Origin: an uncultured Proteiniphilum sp.
GTDB lineage: Bacteria > Bacteroidota > Bacteroidia > Bacteroidales > Dysgonomonadaceae
Length of the DNA stretch: 64,000 nucleotides
Direction: 5' to 3'
NCBI GenBank assembly: GCA_927407015.1
Contig: CAKMJT010000006.1
Location: 2,153 to 66,152 of the forward strand
The position numbers were made by a program, and so were the translations under genes. The notes under the pieces were generated by a model. The model saw nothing but the letters and a program-made list of their open reading frames with translations, had not been told where the DNA came from and did not search any database. Below are positions 30,877 through 40,579 of the stretch, piece after piece (positions within the stretch are counted from its first letter, which is position 1; each line of letters starts with the position of its first letter).

Positions 30877-31872
30877 ATGGAAAGAGTATCTTTGAAAGTG
30901 ATAGCCCGTGAGCTGGGTGTTTCAACAGCAACAGTTTCGCTCGTGCTGAACGGTAAGAATCAGAACGGCCGGGTGAGTATGGATGTGTCAGAAAAAATTC
31001 TGGCAAAAGCTGCTGAGCTGAATTATGTACCCAACAGTTTGGCCAAGGGATTGAAAATGGGTCATTCCAAATCGATTGGTTTGATTATAGCGGATATCTC
31101 AAACGTTTTTTTTGGTACCCTGGCTTTGCATATTCAGAATTATGCAGAACAACAGGGATACACAGTCATTATCGGTAATACCAACGAGGATCCCGAAGAG
31201 ATGTTGAAGATGATTACCTTTCTGAATTCCCGGCAGGTTGACGGTCTGATCATCACCCCCACAGAAGGAGGTGAGTTTATGGTGAAAGCACTTCTGGAAA
31301 AAGAGAAACCTTTGGTGCTGGTCGACCGGATCTATCCCGATATCCATACTGCATCGGTGATGATTAATAATTTTGAGATCAGTTACCGTTCAACCCGGCA
31401 GCTATTGAACAGGGGATGCAACAATCCGGCATTTATATCCTACAAACAGGATCAGGTTCATACCAACGAAAGGAAACGGGGGTACCTGGAAGCGATGCAG
31501 GATGCAGGTCATCATGTCACGGATAAGATAAAGGAAGTAAGTTACCAAAATCTTCAGGAAGATATGGATGGTGCTATTGAAGAGTTGTTGCAAATGAGTC
31601 CGAAAGTAGATGCTATCTTCTTTGCCACCAACTCTATTTCCATTAGTGGGATCCGTTCCCTGCTTAAAAAGGGGTTGCTGGTGCAGAAAGATATTCAGGT
31701 GATGTGTTTCGATGAGAGTGAAGCCATTTTATTGTTTCCTTTTCGGGTTCCCTATGTAAAACAACCGATCGAAGCGATGGGCAAGCGTGCCCTCGAACTG
31801 CTGATCGGTCAAATTGAAAGAAAAGAAAAATCGGGTCAACAAATTGTGTTGGAAGCCGAACTCGTTGTGTGA
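30877..31872 (+). CDS. LacI-family transcriptional regulator
   Basis: HTH 'LKVIARELGVSTATVSLVLNG' followed by a periplasmic-binding-protein-like sugar-binding core. 331 aa. Confidence 0.92.
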   Translation: MERVSLKVIARELGVSTATVSLVLNGKNQNGRVSMDVSEKILAKAAELNYVPNSLAKGLKMGHSKSIGLIIADISNVFFGTLALHIQNYAEQQGYTVIIGNTNEDPEEMLKMITFLNSRQVDGLIITPTEGGEFMVKALLEKEKPLVLVDRIYPDIHTASVMINNFEISYRSTRQLLNRGCNNPAFISYKQDQVHTNERKRGYLEAMQDAGHHVTDKIKEVSYQNLQEDMDGAIEELLQMSPKVDAIFFATNSISISGIRSLLKKGLLVQKDIQVMCFDESEAILLFPFRVPYVKQPIEAMGKRALELLIGQIERKEKSGQQIVLEAELVV

Positions 31873-31889
31873 TTTTTTTGTGGATTAAG

Positions 31890-31902
31890 TTAAACGATTA
31901 AT
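31890..31902. promoter_or_regulatory. candidate LacI-family operator core TTAAACGATTAAT (site 2)
   Basis: 13/13 identical to sites 1 and 3. Lies 68 nt upstream of the fucI ATG. Confidence 0.65.
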
Positions 31903-31924
31903 ATTATTTATTTGTCCTTTTTAG

Positions 31925-31937
31925 TTAAACGATTAAT
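31925..31937. promoter_or_regulatory. candidate LacI-family operator core TTAAACGATTAAT (site 3)
   Basis: 13/13 identical. Lies 33 nt upstream of the fucI ATG and 35 bp (start to start) from site 2. Confidence 0.65.
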
Positions 31938-31969
31938 TTAATAATGGACGAAACAATTAAACAGAAAGT

Positions 31970-33745
31970 ATGAAACAAGTTTATCCCAAAATTGGTATTC
32001 GCCCCATCATTGATGGCAGGCGCGGAGGCATCAGGGAATCCCTCGAAGAGACCACCATGAGTCTGGCAAAAAGTGCAGCAAAATTGTATTCCGAAACGTT
32101 GAAGTATCCCGATGGGTCTCCTGTGGAGTGCGTCATTGCGGATACAACGATCGGCGGTGTAAAAGAAGCGGCTCTGTGTGCAGAAAAATTTGAAAAAGAA
32201 GGAGTGGGCTTGACCTTATCCGTAACACCTTGCTGGTGTTACGGGTCTGAGACGATCGACATGAATCCCCTCATTCCGAAAGCAATCTGGGGTTTCAATG
32301 GGACGGAACGCCCGGGAGCTGTCTATCTTTCGGCCGCATTGGCGGTACATAACCAAAAGGGTTTGCCCGCCTTCGGCATTTACGGCAAAGATGTACAGGA
32401 CGTGGGAGACACGTCCATTCCGGGGGATGTACGCGAGAAGCTCTTGAGGTTTGCCAAAGCAGGACTGGCTGTGGCGATCATGCGGGGAAAATCTTATCTG
32501 GCCATCGGATCGGTATCGATGGGAATAGGCGGATCGATGGTAAATCCCGATTTTTTGCAGGAGTATTTGGGTATGCGTACCGAACAGGTGGATGCCAGTG
32601 AAGTTCTTCGTCGTATTCAGCTTGGTATTTACGATAAAGAGGAATTTGAAAAAGCGATGGCTTGGACAAAAGAAAACTGTATGTCGCGTGAAGGCGAAGA
32701 TTTCAATCCGGAACACCTGAAACACAGCAGGGAGCAGAAATACAAAGACTGGGAATTTGTGGTGAAGATGACATTGATCATGCGTGATTTAATGATTGGA
32801 AATTCCAAGCTCGATGAAATGGGATTCGGGGAAGAAGCACTCGGTCATAATGCCATTGCAGGAGGTTTCCAGGGACAACGGCAGTGGACTGATTTCCTGC
32901 CAGATGGCGACTTCTCGGAAACCATTCTCAATTCCTCGTTCGACTGGAATGGAAAGCGCGAACCATTCATTTTCGCCACCGAAGACGATCATTTGAACGG
33001 AATAAGTATGCTTTTCAATCATCTGCTCACCAACACCTCGCAAATGTTTGCCGATGTCCGTACTTATTGGAGTCCCGAAGCTATTGAGCGGGTCAGTGGA
33101 TGGAAGCCGGAAGGTTTGCTGGCGCATGGGGCTATTTTTCTCAAAAACTCCGGTTCCTGCACCCTTGATGGCACCGGTCAGCAGTCCGATGCCATCGGCA
33201 ATCCGGTAATGAAGCCTTTCTGGGAAATCACCGATGAGGAGGTGGAAAGAATGTTGGAAGCCACAACCTGGTATCCCGCATCTCTGGAGTACATGCGAGG
33301 CGGAGGCTACTCATCCCAATTTCTGACCAGGGAAGGTATGCCGGTCACCATGAGCCGCATCAACCTGATCAAGGGTTTGGGACCGGTATTGCAGATTGCT
33401 GAGGGGTGGACGGCTACGTTTCCTGATCATGTTTTCCAGCTGATCGACGGGCGGACCGACAAAACCTGGCCATCTACATTTTTCGTGCCCCGTATTACCG
33501 GCAAAGGGCATTTTACCGATGTCTATGAGGTGATGAACCACTGGGGAGCTAACCATGCGGCTATCAGCTACGGACATATTGGAGCCGATTTGATTACGTT
33601 GGCTTCGGCAATTTCTATTCCCGTGAATATGCATAATGTGGATGAAGGGAAAATCTTCCGTCCCGGTGCTTGGTCGGCTTTCGGATCTGACAACGAAGGT
33701 GCGGACTACCGCGCATGTGCCGCATACGGACCACTATACAGGTAG
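31970..33745 (+). CDS. fucI: L-fucose isomerase family enzyme (FucI; also the classical D-arabinose isomerase)
   Basis: 591 aa. N-terminus '[22 protein letters not shown]'. Also '[16 protein letters not shown]', '[10 protein letters not shown]' and '[23 protein letters not shown]'. Confidence 0.92.
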   Translation: MKQVYPKIGIRPIIDGRRGGIRESLEETTMSLAKSAAKLYSETLKYPDGSPVECVIADTTIGGVKEAALCAEKFEKEGVGLTLSVTPCWCYGSETIDMNPLIPKAIWGFNGTERPGAVYLSAALAVHNQKGLPAFGIYGKDVQDVGDTSIPGDVREKLLRFAKAGLAVAIMRGKSYLAIGSVSMGIGGSMVNPDFLQEYLGMRTEQVDASEVLRRIQLGIYDKEEFEKAMAWTKENCMSREGEDFNPEHLKHSREQKYKDWEFVVKMTLIMRDLMIGNSKLDEMGFGEEALGHNAIAGGFQGQRQWTDFLPDGDFSETILNSSFDWNGKREPFIFATEDDHLNGISMLFNHLLTNTSQMFADVRTYWSPEAIERVSGWKPEGLLAHGAIFLKNSGSCTLDGTGQQSDAIGNPVMKPFWEITDEEVERMLEATTWYPASLEYMRGGGYSSQFLTREGMPVTMSRINLIKGLGPVLQIAEGWTATFPDHVFQLIDGRTDKTWPSTFFVPRITGKGHFTDVYEVMNHWGANHAAISYGHIGADLITLASAISIPVNMHNVDEGKIFRPGAWSAFGSDNEGADYRACAAYGPLYR

Positions 33746-33798
33746 CGTGTAGATTGTGAGAAATAATCTGAATCTTATAAACCAAATATATTGATAGA

Positions 33799-34998
33799 AT
33801 GAGGAAAATTGATTTTAAAATGCTGAATTTATGCACCTTTATTCTGGGGATTATGCTTTCGTTTCCTCTCTTTTCACAGACGGAGCCGATGGGGGATATG
33901 TTTGAGCTGGCAAAAATGAAATCTGGCGTGAAGAACAGAAGGATCTCCAGTACCGACCCCACGGGAGGCAACAGGGATCATCTGGAACCTTTTGCCCCCG
34001 GTGAAAAAAGAACCATCGCGGAGATAAAGGGAACCGGTGTGATCAATCATATCTGGATTACCATTGCCCCTCCGCCGGGTGAACTGAGCAGGAACGATAT
34101 CATTATCCGGATGTACTGGGACGGGAACGACTATCCCTCCGTGGAATCTCCCATTGGCCCATTTTTCGGGCAGGGGTGGGACGAACAGTATAACTACGCC
34201 TCGCTTCCCTTGTCGGCAGGACCTGTGAACGGAACAGGATTGAGCAGTTACTTTGCAATGCCTTTTGAGAAAGGTGCCCGCATCGAAATAGAGAACCAAA
34301 ACGACAAACCCATCAATGCTTTCTATTTTTATGTGGATTATCTTGAAATGGAACAGCTTCCCGAAGGCATGGGCCGCTTTCATGCTTGGTACAACCATAC
34401 CCTTTCGGAAGCATTGCCCGAAGGTGAAACAGAATGGGGGCTGACCGCTGCTCAGAAACCGAACCTCGAAGGGAAAAGGAACTACCGGTTCATAGATACG
34501 AAAGGAAAAGGTCATTTCGTGGGTATCAACTACTATGTCCACTCTCCCACCCCGATGTGGTACGGTGAGGGAGATGATATGTGGTTTATCGATGGGGAGG
34601 AAAAACCGCGACTGATTGGTACCGGTACCGAAGATTTCTTCAACACCTCTTGGTGCCCGAAGGAGCCCTTCTCCCACCCTCATTTCGGATATCCGCGTAT
34701 AAACAATGATATAGGCTGGCTTGGACGAACACATATCTACCGTTTTTTCATCAATGATCCTATTTTCTTTGAAACAAGCGTGAAGGGCACCATCGAGACC
34801 GGTCACAACAACAACCTGACGCTCGATCTCTCCACCGTCGCCTACTGGTATCAGGACCGTGTTGTGATGCTGCCGCCGGCACCCACCAAAGAGCAGCGTC
34901 AGCCGAAGCCTTTTATCAATCATATGGATATACACCGCTGGAGAGATGCATGGCGGAAAGCAAAGGGGAATGATCCGAAATTGTGGGGAAATGAATGA
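33799..34998 (+). CDS. DUF2961 / glycoside hydrolase family 172 protein (paralog a), secreted
   Basis: 'GTGVINHIWITIAPP', 'IIIRMYWDGNDYPSVESPIGPFFGQGW', 'YFAMPFEKGARIEIEN' and 'GTGTEDFFNTSWC'. Has a signal peptide. Its stop overlaps the SusC ATG (ATGA). Confidence 0.85.
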   Translation: MRKIDFKMLNLCTFILGIMLSFPLFSQTEPMGDMFELAKMKSGVKNRRISSTDPTGGNRDHLEPFAPGEKRTIAEIKGTGVINHIWITIAPPPGELSRNDIIIRMYWDGNDYPSVESPIGPFFGQGWDEQYNYASLPLSAGPVNGTGLSSYFAMPFEKGARIEIENQNDKPINAFYFYVDYLEMEQLPEGMGRFHAWYNHTLSEALPEGETEWGLTAAQKPNLEGKRNYRFIDTKGKGHFVGINYYVHSPTPMWYGEGDDMWFIDGEEKPRLIGTGTEDFFNTSWCPKEPFSHPHFGYPRINNDIGWLGRTHIYRFFINDPIFFETSVKGTIETGHNNNLTLDLSTVAYWYQDRVVMLPPAPTKEQRQPKPFINHMDIHRWRDAWRKAKGNDPKLWGNE

Positions 34999-37900
34999 AA
35001 ATCTATAAAACAAATTTTTTTATGAAAGATATAATCCAAATTACAGGCAAATTATTGTTTACTTATTTGCTTTTATCTCTGGCTTTTTATGCCAATGCCG
35101 TGAATCATTCCGTAGGGGTGGATCAGGGTAAAACGATACGCGGGGTTGTTTCTGAACAAAGTACCAACGAGCCGCTGACAGGAGTAAGTGTGTATGTAAA
35201 GGGTACCACTATTGGTACCACTACCAATATTAACGGAGAATATCAACTGATCGTCCCGTCCGAAGATGCCGTGCTTGTCTTTTCTTTTATTGGTAAAAGA
35301 ACAGTAGAACGGCCGGTAAGGGGTATCAGTGTCATTAACGTTGTGATGATTGATGATGCTACTATGCTGGATGAATTCGTTTACACAGGATATATGACAC
35401 AAAAGAAAGTTGATCTTACCGGATCTGTTTCCATTGCTACGAGCAGTGATATTATTAAAAATCCTTCAGCCAATGCCATGAAAGCATTACAGGGTAAGCT
35501 TTCGGGTGTGTATATCACTACGAATGGAGGAAATCCGGCGGAAGGAGTGAACATTCAAATCCGGGGACTCTCCTCTCTTTCCGGTGCCGTCCGGCCCTTG
35601 ATTGTACTGGATGGAATGCCAACGGAAAACCTGAACCTCAGAGATATCAACGCTGGAGATATTGAATCTATACAGGTACTGAAAGATGCGGCATCAGCCA
35701 GCATTTACGGAGCTCGTGCTTCGGGTGGGGTCATATTGATTCAAACAAAAAAAGGGAAAGAGGGCAAGATTACGGTTGAATATAGCGGAAATGTCTCATT
35801 TAGTTCTGTACTGAATAAGCCTACCCTGATGAATGCGGAACAGTATGGTATTGCAGCCTTCAGGGCGGCGGCATACGACGAGAAAGTGTATGGGGTACCC
35901 ATGGCACTTCCGGGAACGTACGACTTTACCTGGCAAAGAGGAACTGACGGATTACCCATACTTGAAGAGGTTATGGCGAAAGAATGGCTTAACGCTGAGC
36001 AGACTGTCCGAGGTGCGGATACAAACTGGATGGATGAGATTTTCCAGACTGCTCTTATGACCAATCATCAGGTTACTGTGTCAAATGGAACCGAACGGTC
36101 AAAAAGTCTGTTTTCACTCGGCTATTTTAACAACGAAGGAACACAGATTCACACCTTTTTCAAACAATATTCGGTACGTGCAAATACAGAATACGGATTA
36201 TTGGATAACAGGTTGAAAATCGGTGAAAACATCGCACTGAGCTATCTGCAGTACAGAGATGCTAATGAAACCAGATGGGCAATGATTAATCCTCCTGCAG
36301 CTCCAGTTTATGATATCAATGGCAACTGGGCAGGTACACCCGGTTTCGATGACTTTACCAATCCTGTGCGTGTACTGACCATGAATAAGGATAACGTGAA
36401 TAATTATGTGAAGATCATCGGGAATATTTTCGCGGATCTGAGAATATGGAACAATATTTCTGCTCGTACTCAGTTTGGTGTAGACTATGGCAATGCATAC
36501 AGCAGAATAATCGAAGGAGAATGGTCGGAGACCGGTGGCAGGAACAGCGACGGTGAGAATTATGTGGCTAACTATCAATCTCATCCTCTCAGCTATGTGT
36601 GGACAAACACTCTTTCCTATAACCTGAGTTCAGACCGACATACGCTCGACGCCGTGTTAGGTACTGAGTTCACCAGATATGTCCAGGAGGGATTTTCGGC
36701 ACGAAGAGAGGGAATTTATTTGGAAGACAGAGACTTTGCTCACCTGGGCGTAACAACGGGAACCAAGTATTCGCTGGGGAGCTCGGCCGATGAATATACC
36801 TACTTGTCTCTTTTCGGAAAAGTGAACTACGCGCTGGACTCAAAATACCTCTTTTCATTCACATTGCGAAGAGACGGATCGTCTCTCTTTGGGGCCAATA
36901 ACCGGTACGGTACTTTTCCTGCCGTTTCCGCAGGATGGAGAATCATCAATGAACCCTTTATGAGCGAAGTTGACGGAGTGTCAGACCTCAAATTGCGTGC
37001 AAGCTGGGGAGCCAACGGAAGTGTACAGGGTCTGCCACGCGGATACACCTCTACTCCCTTTACGACTGATTATTTTAGCACGTCATACCCGATTGAAGGA
37101 AATGAAAGCGGTCCCCTCTACTCCGGTTATAGAAGAACCTGGCTGGGTAACCCTGATTTGAAATGGGAGACCACCACGCAGACTGACCTGGCAATTGATT
37201 ATGGATTTTTTAACCAGAGAATTTACGGTACTCTGGGATACTATTTTAAGAGGACAAATGACGTATTGGTGCAGGTACCCTATATTGCTGCCATGGGAGA
37301 AGGAGGTGAACCATGGATTAACGGGGCTAATATGAATAACCAGGGAATTGAATTCGAATTCACTTATAGAAACGATCCTGTTGATGTCTTCCAGTATGCC
37401 ATAACTGCCAATATCGGCTCCTATAGGACGAAATTGATAGACCTACCTGAAAATGTAATTAACAGATATCCGGGCGACGGAATGCGTGATTTTGTGATTG
37501 GCAGAACGCCCAATATTCTATACGGGTTGGTAGCCGATGGCATTTTCAAGACTCAAGAAGAGGTGGATAATCATGCTGAACAAACCGGTAAAGCAGTAGG
37601 GCGTATCCGCTATAAAGATCTGGACGGAAATGGCGTGGTGGATGAACTGTACGACAGGACGTTTATTGGCATCACTGACCCCGATTTCTTTGGTGGTATT
37701 ACCTTTGATATAGGATACAGGAATTTCGATTTAAATCTCTTCTTCCAGGGTGTTTATGGCAATAAAGTGAATAACATATGGAAACAGGAGAGTGATTTAT
37801 GGAATATTTCTGTACCCGCCGGTAAAAACCATGAAGTAAGAATGCTCGACGCATGGTATTTTGATAATACCGATTCTGATATACCTGCTGTTTCCAATTC

Positions 37901-38174
37901 GAACCCGAACAGTGAACAAAGATTCTCTTCCTATTTTGTGGAAGACGGTTCTTATCTGAAACTCCGAAATATCGAATTGGGTTATACTTTTCCGAAACAA
38001 CTTACAAAGGCTATGATGATGCAGAACCTGCGAATATATGCATCTGCGAGGAATGTGTTAACCCTAAAAAAAGGATGGGGCGATGACAAATACACCAGTT
38101 TCGATCCCGAAATGCCGGGTTATGGTTATATGACGCCGTTTACAATGGCTTTTGGAATTAATGTAACTTTTTAA
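34995..38174 (+). CDS. SusC/RagA-family TonB-linked outer membrane protein
   Basis: CarboxypepD_reg 'IRGVVSEQSTNEPLTGVSVYVKGTTIGTTTNINGEYQL', plug 'IQIRGLSSLSG...PLIVLDGMP' and 'SIQVLKDAASASIYGARASGGVILIQTKKG'. The C-terminus is '...AFGINVTF'. No STN/anti-sigma domain. Confidence 0.95.
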   Translation: MKIYKTNFFMKDIIQITGKLLFTYLLLSLAFYANAVNHSVGVDQGKTIRGVVSEQSTNEPLTGVSVYVKGTTIGTTTNINGEYQLIVPSEDAVLVFSFIGKRTVERPVRGISVINVVMIDDATMLDEFVYTGYMTQKKVDLTGSVSIATSSDIIKNPSANAMKALQGKLSGVYITTNGGNPAEGVNIQIRGLSSLSGAVRPLIVLDGMPTENLNLRDINAGDIESIQVLKDAASASIYGARASGGVILIQTKKGKEGKITVEYSGNVSFSSVLNKPTLMNAEQYGIAAFRAAAYDEKVYGVPMALPGTYDFTWQRGTDGLPILEEVMAKEWLNAEQTVRGADTNWMDEIFQTALMTNHQVTVSNGTERSKSLFSLGYFNNEGTQIHTFFKQYSVRANTEYGLLDNRLKIGENIALSYLQYRDANETRWAMINPPAAPVYDINGNWAGTPGFDDFTNPVRVLTMNKDNVNNYVKIIGNIFADLRIWNNISARTQFGVDYGNAYSRIIEGEWSETGGRNSDGENYVANYQSHPLSYVWTNTLSYNLSSDRHTLDAVLGTEFTRYVQEGFSARREGIYLEDRDFAHLGVTTGTKYSLGSSADEYTYLSLFGKVNYALDSKYLFSFTLRRDGSSLFGANNRYGTFPAVSAGWRIINEPFMSEVDGVSDLKLRASWGANGSVQGLPRGYTSTPFTTDYFSTSYPIEGNESGPLYSGYRRTWLGNPDLKWETTTQTDLAIDYGFFNQRIYGTLGYYFKRTNDVLVQVPYIAAMGEGGEPWINGANMNNQGIEFEFTYRNDPVDVFQYAITANIGSYRTKLIDLPENVINRYPGDGMRDFVIGRTPNILYGLVADGIFKTQEEVDNHAEQTGKAVGRIRYKDLDGNGVVDELYDRTFIGITDPDFFGGITFDIGYRNFDLNLFFQGVYGNKVNNIWKQESDLWNISVPAGKNHEVRMLDAWYFDNTDSDIPAVSNSNPNSEQRFSSYFVEDGSYLKLRNIELGYTFPKQLTKAMMMQNLRIYASARNVLTLKKGWGDDKYTSFDPEMPGYGYMTPFTMAFGINVTF

Positions 38175-38187
38175 TGATACCCATGTT

Positions 38188-39996
38188 ATGAAAAAAATTA
38201 AATTTACCATATTTCTCATCTCTTTCCTGTTTGTATCCAGTAATTGTTCCGATCTGCTGGAAGTGAATCCTAAACAGGTGCTTGACGAAGCATTACTTAC
38301 CTCTCCCGAAGATATGGAAGGTTTCGTGACAGCGGCTTATGCAAGAATCACGGATATTCCCTCCTGGGACTCTCCTTTTTCACCCTGGTGGTCCGGCTCT
38401 ATGCGCTCTGACGATTCTTACAAAGGAGGCGGAGGAACCTGGGATGGCGGTGACGGTTGGGGTTTTATGGAGACATTCGTCAATCTGACACCCAACGGAT
38501 GGCCTCTCGATTACCCATGGTACGTTTCCTATCAGATAATACAGCGATGCAACACAGCTATACAAAAGCTGGAAAAGATATCCGAAGAGGATTTCCCTTT
38601 GAAGAGTGTACGCATCGGAGAGATGAAGTTCATCAGGGCATTTGTTCATTTCAGGCTAAAAGAGTTCTTTAAGTACATCCCTTATATCGATGAAACGGTA
38701 GTGGGAAGCAGTGCAGCTTTTGAAGCAATTCCCAATAGGGATGAAAATTTTCCGAATGACCAATACCTATGGGAGAGGATTCTGGCTGATTTTAAGGATG
38801 CAGAAGCAGCATTACCCGCCACACAACCCGATAAAGGAAGGGTAGACAAGAATGCTGCCACAGCCATGGTTGCCAGGACACTCATGTTTATGGCTTATGA
38901 GATGAACGACAGACATCAGGTGGTTAATATCAACAAAGATAGGCTTTCGGAAGCGTTGGTTTACCTGAACAAGCTGACCGATCAGGAAGGAGGTAAGGTG
39001 GACCTTTGTCAGGATTTCGGGGAAAACTTTATTCATACTTCTGATAACAATACCAAAGAGTCGATCTGGGAAATTCAATATTCTATTAATGATGGCAGCT
39101 CTACCGGAGGAAAGATCAATCGAGGTGAAGGATTGAATCACCCCTGGAAATGGGCTGGTTTTCAGTGCTGCGGCTTTCATCATATCAGTTATAATATGGG
39201 TAATGCTTTTAAGACAGGCCCTGATGGTCTGCCCCTGTTCGATGATTACAACAATGACAGTTACGGAGAGTATATCAAGAATGCGGATGGAAGTGATAAT
39301 ATTGCAATTGTTGAAGCAGGAAATCCGGACTATTTTAATAAGTACAGTTGGGATCCCCGTTTCAGCCATACAGCTGCAGTTCCCGGTCATCCGTGGAAAT
39401 ATGATCCGAATTTGATCTTTGAAAGCAGAGGGATAAGGAACGGGACAGAATATGGTTGGTTGAAATCAGTGAAAGAATTACCGCATCCCGATTGTGATTG
39501 TCTTTTGTATGACGGATGGCAATTCAATTCGATGAACAAGCGGATGATTCGTTACGATGAGGTTCTGCTCTGGAAAGCGGAAGTATTGATTCAACTGGAC
39601 AGATGGAATGAGGCATTAATTCCTATCAATGAAGTTCGTGAACGGGCTGCCAATAGCACCGGTTGGTTGGTCAAGGCGGATGGAACACCAGTGATGAACT
39701 ATCATGTGGAAATCTATAAGCCCGGCGAGAACTGTATCTGGGACAAGGATTTTGCCTGGAAAGCAATGCAATGGGAAAACCGGCTTGAGATGGCTGGAGA
39801 AGGGCGCCGTTTCTTCGATCTGCAGCGTTGGGGCATACTTGATGAAGTCATGAACAGCTACTTTACCGTAGAGAAGACCAGGTTCTCCTGGATGTCAAAT
39901 GCCAGGTTTACGGAAGGACGTGATGAATTCTTCCCCATCCCGCAAAATCAGATGAAATGGGCAAAAGGTAATTATACACAGAACCCAGAGTATTAG
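38188..39996 (+). CDS. RagB/SusD-family nutrient-binding outer membrane lipoprotein
   Basis: Immediately follows SusC. Lipobox 'FVSSNCSD'. TPR-like helical pattern with 'RFFDLQRWG' near the C-terminus. Confidence 0.92.
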   Translation: MKKIKFTIFLISFLFVSSNCSDLLEVNPKQVLDEALLTSPEDMEGFVTAAYARITDIPSWDSPFSPWWSGSMRSDDSYKGGGGTWDGGDGWGFMETFVNLTPNGWPLDYPWYVSYQIIQRCNTAIQKLEKISEEDFPLKSVRIGEMKFIRAFVHFRLKEFFKYIPYIDETVVGSSAAFEAIPNRDENFPNDQYLWERILADFKDAEAALPATQPDKGRVDKNAATAMVARTLMFMAYEMNDRHQVVNINKDRLSEALVYLNKLTDQEGGKVDLCQDFGENFIHTSDNNTKESIWEIQYSINDGSSTGGKINRGEGLNHPWKWAGFQCCGFHHISYNMGNAFKTGPDGLPLFDDYNNDSYGEYIKNADGSDNIAIVEAGNPDYFNKYSWDPRFSHTAAVPGHPWKYDPNLIFESRGIRNGTEYGWLKSVKELPHPDCDCLLYDGWQFNSMNKRMIRYDEVLLWKAEVLIQLDRWNEALIPINEVRERAANSTGWLVKADGTPVMNYHVEIYKPGENCIWDKDFAWKAMQWENRLEMAGEGRRFFDLQRWGILDEVMNSYFTVEKTRFSWMSNARFTEGRDEFFPIPQNQMKWAKGNYTQNPEY

Positions 39997-40020
39997 TTTT
40001 TATTCTTAAAATATTTGATT

Positions 40021-40431
40021 ATGAGAAAGATAAGCAAAATAATTCTTGTTATACTCACCATCATGCTCTTTACGGGTTGTTACGATCGGGATATTATTGA
40101 CAGGAAAGATTTTCATCACACTTTGCCAAAGGTGGAGAATTTATCTTATTCCTTACAGGGGAATGTAGTGACACTCACCTGGCAGATACCGGATAATATA
40201 TCCGATGCTTTCACCAGGCCCCTGCAGGCAAGAGTTCAGGTAGTTGAAAATGATATCTACAGACAGGTAGTGACTGTCTATGATGAGCAGAACACGGCGG
40301 AGATTACCATCGATCCGGATAAGGATTACCGGTTCATCGTCAAGTTGCTGGGTTTCCTGACTCCTGACGCAAGGGAAGAGGGTTTTACCGACAGGGTCTT
40401 TTCAGAAGGAGAGATTATCGTAACAGAGTAA
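40021..40431 (+). CDS. small lipoprotein, 136 aa, single beta-sandwich-like domain (SusE/F position)
   Basis: The track start at 40015 is TTG. The ATG at 40021 gives MRKISKIILVILTIMLFTGC followed by YDRD. 'LSYSLQGNVVTLTWQIPDN' resembles an FN3/Ig strand pattern. Confidence 0.6.
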   Translation: MRKISKIILVILTIMLFTGCYDRDIIDRKDFHHTLPKVENLSYSLQGNVVTLTWQIPDNISDAFTRPLQARVQVVENDIYRQVVTVYDEQNTAEITIDPDKDYRFIVKLLGFLTPDAREEGFTDRVFSEGEIIVTE

Positions 40432-40579
40432 TTTTTATGAGCAGATAATATATTCATAAAGAATTTGGGAGGTATGTTAAAGTGATCTGAAATGAGCCAT
40501 GTGGGACATACCTTCCCTTCTTTTTTCATATTCTATTGTCATTTGTCTGGTAGAACCGATCATGCAATAAGGAAATCAA

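Noticed and set aside
33874-35013. 379-aa ORF antisense to the GH172a gene. Similar long antisense ORFs occur at 46754-47398, 58923-59630, 59808-60485, 45031-45624 and 5256-6005.
   Set aside because: Each is fully embedded opposite a gene with strong family motifs. Their translations are low-complexity and R/G/V/H-rich with no recognisable motifs. Stop-free antisense frames are a common by-product of codon bias.
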